Shown in pieces: positions 1 through 11,925 of a stretch of DNA of 64,000 nt (positions within the stretch are counted from its first letter, which is position 1; each line of letters opens with the position of its first letter). Made by a program: the position numbers and the translations under genes. The stretch covers positions 509,129 through 573,128 of the forward strand of contig NW_008246077.1 in assembly GCF_000281045.1 (NCBI RefSeq), written 5' to 3'. This DNA comes from Saprolegnia diclina VS20. Lineage: Eukaryota. The notes below the pieces were generated by a model, which saw only the letters and a program-made list of their open reading frames with translations, was not told the DNA's origin and searched no databases.

Positions 1-2168
1 GCAAGTGTGGCCACAAGGCGACGACCGCGGCTTCAACTTTCGGGGACATACGGGTCGCGTCTTGACAGTCGCGTGGGTCGATGACAAGACACTTGTGAGT
101 GCTGGCGAAGACCAGTCGATCCGCGCATGGGCGTACACTGACCAAGTACACGAGTTTTTTCATGCTATAGAGGCTGATCAAGTGCTATGGTCGTATCTGT
201 AGACATGTACACTTCCGCCCAAGGGCAAAGAAGACCCGGCCCCTGCTCCTGCTTCCCTCGTAACAAGCAAAAAGTCGGTCCCCAAGCAACCCAAGGCACC
301 GGCCGCCGTGACCGGTTTGCTGCCGAAAGCCGTCATCGACGTCGAAAGTGTTGCGAAAATGCTCGATCCGCCCTCAAGCGTCGCCATGATCGACGATGCC
401 CACGCGCAGTACATGGCGGTGTGTCATTCAAATCGAAGAGTTGGATGTATCTCACACAACGTGCTGCGTAGACTGGCGACTGGGAACGCGCGGCGAGACT
501 GCTAGTGCTTCACGGACACATTGGCGATGCACTCCGCCTTGTTGCCAAAGAAGGTAGTCATCGACGTACATTATGATGATGGCGCAAGAGCTCACTTGCG
601 TTTGCATCTAGGCAAGCTTAGCCCCGTCTGGCTCGCCTACGCGCCAATGGCCGGTAGCGACGTGTGGCGCGAATTTACGGGCTTGTACGCCAAGCAGCTT
701 CGCGACGCTCGCGCATTTCAAGATGCAGGTACGCTCAGAAGAGCAATCTCTCGTTCAGCCTTCATCCATTTTGCTAGCGTTACACTACACCTCGGTTGGA
801 GATGTCCACGCTGCGATCGAGTGTCTTTGTGATGGCCAGTTGTGGCGCGACGCCCTCGCCCTCGTGCACCTGCGCTGCTCGCCGTTTGATCCCGTGCGAA
901 CCGCCACGTACGAAGCTTTGGCGAGCCATTTGCAGGCAACGTACGCAGTCGACAATGCAAATGCATGTATGTATCACACATCTATATGACAGACACTCGG
1001 CCGAAGAAGCGGGGCAGGTGTACGTGCATTTGAACCAGCCGGACCAAGCTCTCGCTTGCTTTCTCAAGGCCGCGTCGCCATCGTCGTTTGATGCCGCTGC
1101 GCGTCTCCCGCTGTCCAACTCATTGGCCCTCGACTTGGCCAACCGGGCGATGGTGCTTGGGTTCGACTCGGCCGTAGCGATCCTTTTGGCGGCGCTGCCG
1201 CCCGAGTCGGACCCCACCGCGCATCTTTTTTTGGCCTTCTATCTGCGCTCAAAGTTGCCGCCATCGAGTGTGGTACCTTGCTGAAATTTCAACAATATGG
1301 ATGCCCAGAACTTGTGGTCTAGATGGTGTCGAACCAAGTGTTGGCCCACAGTCTCTTGGCCCATCGACCCGAAGGCTTGCCACCGTTGTTGACAGAGCAC
1401 TTGACTGACGGCAGTTGGTTCTGGGCCGCGCTCGATGCGCCCGGTATCGCGTTGCGCTTGCGCGACGCTGATGAAGACGAAGTGCGCGAGTCGATCGAAA
1501 AGACGTTTGGCGTCTACTTGCAGGTGCGCTTGGTTCATTTCTGTGCGGTGTTTACACCCATGTTGTAGGCGGCGCCCATCCATGGCCGTCTGTTAACGCA
1601 TCTCGTGCGCATCGGCACGGATGTTGCGCAAGGCTGCCTTGTGAGTGCGTTCGAAACGTGGAGCACAACGTTGGCGTGGCTGCTTTCCACGACCGAGGTT
1701 CGCTTTGCATGTCCACGATCTCGTCCTGATTCGAAGGCATAGGGATCCGAGCTCCTCGGCGCTTTTTGCCTCGTCTTTCCTCGCGGTGTGCAGCGCTCGC
1801 CCATTGACGATGGCGAGCTCGGTACGGAGTCCAGCGCCGCCCAAGATCTCTGGGCGCTCTTCTTCTTGTATCAGTGCATCGCTCTCGCACGCGTCGTGCG
1901 GCTCGAGGCCAACACGGACCCGCTGGCCAGTCAAGAAGCGCTACTATTTCTCATCCAGTGGATCAATAACGAGCTGCCGGTCGAGCAACTCGAAGCCCTC
2001 GGCGCCGACGTGACCCGGCTGACGCGAACTGCGTCGAACGAGCTGTCGCTGCTGTATCACCAACTCTTGGCAACGCCTGCTGGTGACAGCGCGGTTGGCG
2101 ACGACACGCTCAGTGCCAGCGACCACGACGATCCCCAAGGCTCCACACCGGACGCTGTTGACGAATAG
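1..2168 (+). CDS. GEMIN5: Gemin5-like WD40/TPR protein, 3' part, multi-exon, 5'-truncated by window edge
   Basis: WD40 repeat FRGHTGRVLTVAW..LVSAGEDQSIRAW, then GKLSPVWLAYAPMAGSDVWREFTGLYAKQL and VHAAIECLCDGQLWRDALALVHLRCSPFDPV, resembling the Gemin5 TPR-like dimerisation region; stop at 2168. Confidence 0.7.
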
Positions 2169-2323
2169 ACACGTCCGGCAAGTGTCGTGGTAACTTGTCC
2201 TCGAATCACGTGCAATCATGAACTAGCCCGGGCCTCTTGTGGCTATCCATGCGCGCGTGGCTGTGCACATCCATTCAGAGGTTGAAACGCTGATGGGATC
2301 TATCAACGAAGACTACATTGGGA

Positions 2324-4998
2324 TTACACTGGCGACAGATGCACGGAGGACGAGCGACGCTCGCACTCCTTCAGGATGACCGAGAGCTTCCCCGAAAGAC
2401 GCTGCAAGACGTCTCGCGTGATCTCGACAACTTGGTGGTCGTCGGCTTTGGGCATGGCGCTCACATCCTGCGTGTGCTCGACAAGACTCTCCGAGTGGTG
2501 GTCGAGGAGACCGTGGACGCGGTGGTGTCGGGCCATGTCTGAGAACGCTGCTGTCGTCGACTCGATGAGGTGCAGCTTTTTTTCTTCGCTCTTATTGCGC
2601 TTGTCGCGGATGATGACAAAATCCACGTCGTTCCAGCTCCGGACGACGCTCTTCTTTGGCGGGTTGAGCTCCGTGCCATCGTTGCCCGTATGCAGTTGGT
2701 ACCCGCAGAGCACTTCGTCGTGGACAAGTGCTCGCTTGGCCACTTGGTAGAACGAGAGCAGTTCGTCCTTCTCGCAGTAGCGCGTGTGGGCCTCCACCGA
2801 AAATGTGCACCCGACCGTGCCCAGCAGCTCGTTGAGGATCTTCTTTACTTCGCGCGACTCGGAGATCATGGCGAGCATGCACGACACGAGCTCGTTGGAC
2901 TGGATGAACTCCGAGTGCATCGAGATCGTCTTGTTGCTCGCAATCGTTTTTTGCGTTCGCGGGTCGAGGATCTCGGTGATGCAAGGGCACGACGGGGTCT
3001 TCTCGGGACTGCCTTTGTGGATCCACTTGGCGATCGAGTCGGCGACCTGCTGTGTGAAGAGCCGTTGCTTGGCCTTGCGCCGCCGCGCTGCCTGGAGCCC
3101 GCGCAGCAAGAGCACGGTCGAGAGCGAGTGCGAGTCCGAGTGCAAGATATCGGTTTCCCGCGCTTGGTCGCCGAGAATCATGACACTGGTGTACATCTCA
3201 AGCGGGAGCTGGTCGACGTGGCGCCGGATCGCCGTGTTGCCATATTGGTGGATGAGGGCAATGTTCTCGAGCGACGCCAAGTCCAGGCCGGCTTCGACGA
3301 GCAGTGCGTCACGCTCTTCGATTGGCGGGTCTTCGCAGAGCAAGTGCACTTCGGAGCCGTGCAGAGCGACTTCGTCAATGAGCTTGATCATGTCGCGAAT
3401 GTCGCGTCGCCATCCGCACATGAGAATCTTCTCGACCTCGCGCTCCGTCACGAGGAGCGGGTGGTCACGACAGGCAGGGATCTCGATCGGAGTCTCCCGC
3501 ACCTTGTACGAGTCGTTGTCTTCGGCAAGAAAGATGATCTTTTCGCCCGCCCGCATTTGGCGGCCCATGTCGGGCTTGATGACGATGTCGCCGTCACTGG
3601 TCTCGACGCCGATCGGAATTGCATCTTCAAAATAGGCTTGTAGCCGGACAAACGGTACGTTGACGCAAGTTGGCCACTCCTTGATGTAGAATTCGTTGCC
3701 TTCAAAGCCCAAGACAGCACGGAAGACTAGAAGCACTCAAGTCAAAACGACGCAAGCCTGGCACAATGCAACCTTTGGCGAGACCCGGGGAGCGCGCCGA
3801 CATGATGACGAGCCGTCCAATCACATCGTGGGACACGAGCGACTCGACCGCGCCGCCACCGACAAGCGAGATGAGCGGTTCGTTGTCAATGTCACGGACT
3901 TCAGCAACAATGTGGCCGCGTAGCTAAAGTGCAAACTCAGAAGTGCAAACTCGGAAAAACGGCGTACCGAGTCGAGGCCGAGAAGAGACAAAATGATGCG
4001 CAGCACCGCCGCGTCCGACTTGTCGGCGTCACCGACAGTAGCCATGATGACAATGCTTCGTGCCGTGTGCGCCGACACTTTTTTGAGGTCGACAATCAAG
4101 AGCGGGTTCCCAGTTCGAAAGACGACTTTGGTGCCGAGGAAATCGTCCGGGTGCATGTGCGAGTGGAGCTCGGCTTCAAGTTCCTCCTTCTCGAGTTCGG
4201 CGAGCACGACGACGACACCGCCCTTTTCGCTTTCGTTGGCGCGACACAGCTCTTTGATGAGGTAAATCGACTTGTCGGTCCAGCCCAAGAGCAGCTACAA
4301 TGTAGCTCTAGCGGATGCACACATTTGCTACGTACCGTGTGGTTTTCCTCGACGACGTTGCTTTTGCCCTTCTTGAGCGAGTCCATTTTTTCCCGGACGC
4401 TGTCGACGACAAACCCGAGAATGACGGCAAAGAAGAGAATGCCGACAATCGAGACGACCATTGCAATTGCGCGATGGTCCTACAAAAACGTCAACACGAT
4501 TTAGAGTATACCCGCTTGTACCCAGCTCACTGCCTCGCGCTGCGCACCTGGAAACGTCATGTACATCCAAGCCTCCCAGATTGCCTCAGGCACGGTTAGC
4601 TCGTGCTCCATGGCGCTGATGAGCAGGCCGATAATGATTGTAAACACTGTGCCAAAGGAAACGAGCGTGATCGTCTGGCCTCGTCGCGTCGAAATGAACG
4701 TGTCGACCTTGTACGCCACGAGTGCACTGGTCGTGTAGCTCGATTTTTTCTTGGTCTCGACCTCGACGCCTTTGGTCGGGGACTTGGTTGGCGCATCGGT
4801 GGCGACCGCGACCTTGGCCGACTCGGTCGGCGCAAAGTACTTGACGGCCTTGGACTGGAGCTTGGTGCTCACGGACGACGCCTCGCCTCGAGCCATCCGC
4901 GCTATGCCGCGAAACACCTACCAGAAATGTCGCCGTTTCCACTCCTCAGTCACGGCTATAATTATCAATCGGTCCCACGTCACACCCATACTGGCGCT
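2324..4998 (-). CDS. CASTOR/POLLUX/DMI1-like cation channel, paralogue A (multi-exon; start approximate)
   Basis: GWTDKSIYLIKELCRANESEKGGVVVVLAE, RTGNPLLIVDLKKVSAHTARSIVIMA..DADKSDA, LGFEGNEFY, EKILMCGWRRDIRDMI, EILDPRT, QSNELVS match the CASTOR/POLLUX RCK domains; N-terminal TM helices. Confidence 0.9.
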
Positions 4999-5162
4999 CT
5001 CAGTCCACAACCGCCATCTCGTGCGGCTCATCAATCTGTCTTGCCATTTTTCTATCGAGCCGAGACAAGTCAGAGGCTTCAAGTTGTAAACAGAATGGTG
5101 GAAGCCACGAGCAAACGACATTTTTGCTAATGAAATGACATACATTGAACGACAACAATTGC

Positions 5163-8003
5163 TTAGGAGGCATGGAACGTTTGAATCGTATTGGGTCCCT
5201 GGGACAACCGCATTTGCTCGTGCTTGGTATGGAGGTTCGTGTAGTGCTCGAGGAGCATCTCGACATCGTCGCGAAGCGCCATTAGACGTTGGCACACCTC
5301 GGGCGTGAGCTCAATATCGCCGTCAAAGGACGGCGGCACCGGCAGGTGGGACGTGGCCTTGGAGACGAACGATCGCTGCGTTCGAACACGCGGCTCGGGC
5401 GGGTTCGCGGCGCGGACTCCAATCGGTGGTGGGGGCGCGGCCGCTTTGACGTCCCTCAAATTATTTTGACGCATCTGGTCGGTGAGCCGGTCGACGACAG
5501 CGCTCTTGACGTCCTGCGCACGCCCAATGTCGTTGGCGCCATCGATGATAACGACCAAGTCAAACTCGCTCCACTGACGCACCACTGCCTTGTCCTTTGG
5601 GTTGAGAACAATGCTGGGCTCTACCGACACGTTCGAGTCCGATTCGATGCTATTTGACGAGGGCACTACCTTTGTCGGTTTTGCGGCGCTTGGGCAAATA
5701 GCCGACGAGGAGCTCGTTCACTGCACCGAGCCGCTTGGCGAGCTGGTAGTACGAGAGGGTTTCATCCTTGGTGCAATACCGCCGGCTGTCTTGAACTGCA
5801 AATGTGTTGGACTGGGGCGATAAGAGGCGGTGGAGGATCTGCTTGACCTCGCGCGACTCGGAGATCATGGCGAGCATGCACGAGATGAGTTCGTTGGACA
5901 TGACAAAGTCCGAGTGCACGGCGATGCTGGCGTTGGCGACCACGGTTTTCTGCGTCCGCGGATCGAGAATCTCGGTGATGCACGGACACTTGTTAGTGAC
6001 GTGGCGCGCCCAGCGAGCGATCGCGTCGACGATCCGAGGGCCAAAGAGGTGCTCCTTTCGCTGCTCCTTTTTGTTTTTCTGCAAATTGCGCAACAAGAGC
6101 ACCTACAACCACTCGTTTTCGAGTATACAAACATGTGTTTCAAACGTACGGTGGCGAGCGAGTGCGAATCTGAGTTCAAAATGTCGCGCTCGCGCTGGTA
6201 GTCGCAGAGCACCATGATCGACGTGTACGCTTCGAGTGGAAGGGGCTCGAGGTACCGGCGCACGGAGGTGTTGCCGACGTGGTGCTTCAAGATGCAGTTG
6301 TCGAACGCGTCGGCGTCAATGCCGCTTTCGGCCAAAAACACAGCGCGGTCGTCGACCTAATTCGGAGCATAAATACAAAAATCATGCAAAAATATATGTA
6401 CTGAAATTTCGCTGAGCAAATGGACCTCACTGCCTTGGAGTAAATAGTTGTCGAGCAGCACGAGCATGTCTTGGATGTCGCGGCGCCACCCGCAGATAAG
6501 GATCATCTCCTTCTCGATCGTGCGCGGCGGAATCTGCGGGGTTGCGAGCGGCGGGACACTCACGGCCGGCGTCAGCGTATACGAATCGTTGTCTTCAGCG
6601 AGGACGACAATTTCGTCCGTTGCTTCGATGAGATAGTCAAAGCTCGGTTTGATGACAACCTTGCCGCTGCTCGTTTTGATGCCAATCGGCGTCGCGAGCG
6701 GAAAGCGCTGCATGAGATCGCCGAACCGCGTCCCCGCCGCGTCGGGCCACGCTTGGCAGTAAAACTCGTCCCCTTCGAACCCCAGGAGCGCCGTGTACAC
6801 TATTGTCATGTTGAAATCACTGATGTTTGTACAAATTGTCGACCCTTGGAGAGGCCAGGGGACCGAGCCGCGAGCAAAATGAGGCGCCCAATGATATCGT
6901 GGGAGACGAGAGTTTCGACAAAGGTGCCGCCAACAAGGTGCACGAGCGGCTCGTTGTCCACATCTCGGATTTCAGCCACCACATGACCTTGCAGCTATCG
7001 AAAAATCGAGTTCAAACGGGCCTTCCTTCGAAAAATGGGGAAAATTTTACCTGAAAGAGACCGCGGAGACTCAAAATGACACGAAGGCACGCGGCGTCCG
7101 ACTTGTCGGCGTCCATGGACGTGGCGAGGATCGTGATGCTGCGCGCCATTTGCGCCGACACCTTTTTCAAGTCGGCGATCACGAGCGGACTGCCCGTGCG
7201 CACGACGACCTTGGTTTGATGCAATTCGTCGAGCTCGATCTGAGACGCGAGCTCCCCTTCCATAAACTCTTTGGACGCGTCGGCGAGGATGACGATGACG
7301 CCACCGCCTTCGCTTTCGTTGGCCAAGCACAGCTGCTTGATGAGCGAGATCGACTTGTCGCTCCACCCCAAAATCAACTAGCAATCACATGGTTTCTACG
7401 TGGCATTGGCAGGTGGACGTACGCTATGGCCGGTTTCGACCACGTTGCTCCGGCCTTTCTTGAGGTCGTCCATCTTTTCGCGAATCGAGTCGACGACGAA
7501 CCCGAGGATGACGAAGAAGAAGACCATGCCGTGGATGCTAATGAGAAAGCCCGGGACCCGGAATTTCTACATGGCCGTCAGAGTCCAAATTGAAAGGGTT
7601 TATAGGTAGCTACCCATTCGTGCTGCTCGCCCTGCGCACCAGGGTCCGATATGAAGAGCCAGCACGCCCACATGGCCTGGCCAAGACCGTGCTTGATCCC
7701 GCCGTGCTGGCCTTCGACCGCCGCCGTCGTCGGCTCTGGCGTCGCGCTCTGCGTCGTATTTTCTGCTGCGACCTCAGTTGTGGACTCGCTGTGGTCGTCG
7801 GTTGGAATCAGCGACACAAAGCAGCCGCAGGTGACCGTCATGAGAAGCCCAAAGCTCACGAGCATGATAGATTGGCCGCGCTTCGTCGAGAGAAAGGTGT
7901 CGATGATGTAGAGACAGCGCGCCGTCGCATAGCGCAGCTTGGCCACTTGCGCCTCCATCCGCAACACAATTCGTTTCGCCCGAAACGAACTCGACCCATG
8001 CAT
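5163..8003 (-). CDS. CASTOR/POLLUX/DMI1-like cation channel, paralogue B (multi-exon)
   Basis: GWSDKSISLIKQLCLANESEGGGVIVILAD, RTGSPLVIADLKKVSAQMARS, LLGFEGDEFY, ICGWRRDIQDM, EILDPRT; intron 5669-5621 joins the last exon, which ends in a coiled-coil-like tail. Confidence 0.9.
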
Positions 8004-8298
8004 CCACCACTATCTATCCGCACGGATTCCTATCTATCCAACGATCCCTCTAACTATCCATGGCAACGCAACCGCGACAACGACTGCAATATATTGCTTT
8101 TGCCACTTGAAGTAATCCTGCGGAATGCACCTCGATCGTTTGACAAACGATCTACACAGCTATCCACTCTGCATTCCCACACGAACGCCACACCCATCCA
8201 TGTATCCAACTATCCAACTATTCAACTATCCGGCTGTCTACATGTGATTGATCGGACGCATGGACACGATATATCGCAAGTGTCGTAATGTCTAAGGT

Positions 8299-9000
8299 TC
8301 ATACGAGTACGTAGTGCAGCACGATGGGCACGACGATGGCGGCGATGATGAGGAGGACGACAGTTCCGATGAGGCATTTTTTCTGCATGTGCGCACGCTG
8401 CACCTGTCGCGTGACTTCGGCTTCGTCGACGATCGCGCCAATCTCGAGCTTGATCTCTTCGGTTTGGTTGCGGATCTGCGTGATCATGCCGGTCTGCGCC
8501 TTGACCATCGTCTCGACCGCAATGAACGCTCGATTGACTTGGACCGCGTCCTCGGCCACCTCGAGCGCCATGTCGCGGTCTTCTTTGGCCTTTTGGAGGT
8601 CGTCCGTCGAGATGCAAGCGGTCTTGATCAAGTCTAGGAAAAAGATTATATAACATGCCTCGTAACACGCAATACCATATTCAATGACGGCTTCGTGGCG
8701 ACGCGCGTAGATGCGTTCGACGTCCTGGAGCTGCTTGACGGCGTCAATGTAGCTCTTCCGGAGGTCCTTGAGCTTGGTCTTATCGGCCGTCTTGCGGCGC
8801 TTCTCGGCGTCGAGAAACGTTGCGAGCTGGCGCGCCGTGGCTTTCGTGTCGGCCATCGCCGACCCCGTCTTCTCGAGGAACGTGGCCTCGGTGCCCGCGC
8901 CTTCGAGCGAGCACTCAGCCGAGATGGCGCTCAGCGCGCTCTGCATGCGCGCGACGGCGGCTTGCGCCTCGTCCAGCGTGTAGATCGCACCCTCGTCCAT
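8299..9000 (-). CDS. Syntaxin-like t-SNARE with C-terminal transmembrane anchor
   Basis: Helical N-terminus, SNARE-like heptads (VETMVKAQTGMITQIRNQTE), C-terminal TM CLIGTVVLLIIAAIVVPIVL; one probable in-frame intron near 8635-8676. Confidence 0.75.
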   Translation of the reverse strand: MDEGAIYTLDEAQAAVARMQSALSAISAECSLEGAGTEATFLEKTGSAMADTKATARQLATFLDAEKRRKTADKTKLKDLRKSYIDAVKQLQDVERIYARRHEAVIEYGIACYEACYIIFFLDLIKTACISTDDLQKAKEDRDMALEVAEDAVQVNRAFIAVETMVKAQTGMITQIRNQTEEIKLEIGAIVDEAEVTRQVQRAHMQKKCLIGTVVLLIIAAIVVPIVLHYVLV

Positions 9001-9485
9001 GACCGACGATAATATGGAGGTATAAATAGCACCACGTTGCCATGTCGAACCTCTGACGTGGCACGTTGTCCGAAGGTTCCGCGTCGGAGGCGTTGCAAAG
9101 ATGCACCTTTCGACTACAGCGATTGCATAAGCCGATTCGGCGCTGCACCGTTGTCGGCCGTCTCGGAAGTAGCGAGATGCCATGGGAAGTACTTGCAACT
9201 AGCGGCAGGTCACGGTGCCACGTAGAGTAGAGTGTTGAACCGACCGGTTTGGCTTTGCGTTTGTCTCTGGGAACGACATCGAGAAGGACCGACGTAGCCG
9301 GAGCTCTGCAAGTAGGGCCTAGGATGGCGCAGCCGATCGGCGCATTCGTCCGCAGTCCTCGCCATCTCAAGAGCATCCTCTGTTGATATGGCGGCGACCG
9401 AGTAAACCCAATGCATCAACCAGAGTCCCGCGTTCAGTAGGTTAAAGAGACTGGAGAACTGAGAGGGGAGACTCTCGTTGCAGGG

Positions 9486-10972
9486 TTAGTCTTCGTGGAA
9501 GGTCATGGACGCCGACGCGCCCCACTTGTCGTCGTAGACCTTTTCGAACGCCGGGTACGACTTGTTGGTGTCCGGCGCCGCCGTAAAGAACTGGTCCGTG
9601 ACAATGTCGACCATGCCCTCGACGAGCGTCTGGATGAGCGGCTGGAGGCGGTTGCCCGTCTGCTTGAAATCCGGGCCAGGGTTGACCTCGAGAAGCCACA
9701 CTTGGTAGTCTTCGTCAATGAGAAAGTCGACGCCGTAGACCTCAAAGCAGTTGGGGAGCGGCTGAAAGACGGAGAACTCGCCGCGGTACGCATCAAAGAC
9801 CTCGCCCGTGATCGCGCCAATATCGGCCAGCATATTGGTCGTGATCGTCTTGGCTTCGACCGCCGAGATGCCTTGGTCGTCCATGAGGATCGCTTCCATG
9901 TCTTCGAGGAGGAGGACGCAGTCGGCTTCGACAAAGTTGGGGTGGTCCTGCTGCTGGAACGTGTTGGTGATGTGCGAGAGCTTGTTGTCCGTGTTGGCCG
10001 GGTTGTACGCGTCGAGGGACGTGAGGAGAAGGACGTTTTGGTACACAAACACCTGGAGACACCCGACCGCGACCACGTACACGCGGACCTAGAGCATAAG
10101 AGCCTTGAGCACGAGAATATGTATCGACGCATAGTAGTACGTGGAATTTGCGCTTCTTGAGGAGAAGCGGCCGCTGGACGTACGCCTGAACGACCCATTC
10201 TAGTCGATATCAGTTGAGACACTAGTAGTATTGATATCGACTGGATACCGCGAATGTCGGTCCACTCGGTGATGATGGCCTTGAACTTGGCGTACGTGTC
10301 AAAGACGTTGACCTCCGCGCCCTACACAAGCACCAAATGAGACTATCCAACTATCCAACGATGCATCAATGGATAGGACATACCTTGTTGGACGCACTGG
10401 GCTTCATGATCCACGTGCCAGTCTCGGCCTTGTCCTCGAAGAGCTGCTTGACCTCCCACAGGCACGACTCGAGGCGGTTCCGGAAGCTCACGCCGAGCTC
10501 AGCCAAGCTGTTGTCAAAGGCATCCCAGAGGTCGACAACGAGCGTCTCGGGGAGCGCGCGGCTAAGTCGGCAATTCGGGTGCTTGCGGATGTACTTGGAG
10601 AGAAACATGGAGAGCTGCGCCTTGCGCGAGAGGCCCTTGCGCACACAGTACGAGTTGGCGACCACTTGGCCTTGCAGCACGTTCTTCCAGTCGAGGTTTT
10701 CGTATTCGTCCCACTAGCATGCAATATTTGAGTATATCGAGAGACGCACAGAAGAGGCGGTGTACGAGGAGGTCGGGCGTGCGCGGGTCCGTCGGCAGCG
10801 TCATCACGTCCCAGAACCGGTCGTGCTTGGCAAACGCGCCAAGGACGAGCGGCCGAAGGTAGTTGCAGGGTACGTTGACACGCACGAGCACGCGCTTCTC
10901 GGTGGTCGTAGGCGCGTAGTAGGTGTACGCGAGCGCACTCGCTTGCTCGTCCAGGAACCAGTAGTCGGCCAT
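9486..10972 (-). CDS. Tubulin-tyrosine ligase (TTL) family protein, multi-exon
   Basis: Spliced motifs ANSYCVRKGLSRKAQL, WIMKPS, REWVVQAYVQRPLLLKKRKFHVRVYV, SHITN, NCFEVYGVDFLID, WLLEVNPGPDF. Confidence 0.9.
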
Positions 10973-11925
10973 GCTGCTCGTCGATCGCAATCAGCAAATG
11001 CGTGCCAATCACCTTGCCTTTCTAATGGGCGAAGTTCGCAGTTTAAAACTTCGATCGAACCGCTTCGAATGCAAACGTGGCAGCGTCACGAGCGAGCGCA
11101 GCCAGGTCCATTGTATCCAGGTGCACAGTCCGTTGCGGCTTCCGCCATGGGCTCGACGATCCATGCATCTATCCGTCGTACGAGTGCTCGGTATCGTGCT
11201 TTCTTCTATGTGTGTACTGCTATACCTGCCTGAATCGATGCTAAGCGACGACTGGTGAACATGACAAGCCCGCCGCTACCACGGCGAAAACGCGAACTCG
11301 AAGCATGCGATGGCTCGCTGCTACAAATCCATAGCCGTCTTACTCCGTGGGTCGCCACGTCCAAGGTTATGTACAAGCCCTATGTCATTTCGCACAGCAG
11401 GCAGTCGCATAGTACGTCGAGAAACGCCACAAATTTGGCACCAACCACAACGCGGTTTCAAGCCTCGCGCCAGGCAGTACACGAGTGCGTCAACGAGATG
11501 ATCCTATGCATGTGGCTCCCATTTTCCCTTTTCCAAACCGAGAGATGTCTCGGGCGTCTATGCCCTGGGCTACGCGCAATGTCCCGATGCGCTCCATCAC
11601 AAGCCGCCGCATTTATGCAAGTTGGCAAGAACAAAATCCGGCGCAGTGCAGTCGCACAAGACAGAATACCAGTTTCTGTCTTTGTGCCTTTTGAAATGGT
11701 GCTTTTGGTGCCAAATGTGGCGTTTAGCGCATGCAAAATGAGCTCTTTGCGAAAAATCTGCTTCTTCTTGCTTTGACTACCACTGGGCTATCACAAAGAT
11801 TTTCTTGCATTTGAACTTTAAACAGAATGGATACTGTCCTTGCGTCTCAAGGTCGCTCTCTGTTTACTGCGTGCAGAAATAGCCTGGCGTTTTGTCGCGG
11901 GTGGTTATTTAACCGCTTGGAAGGA

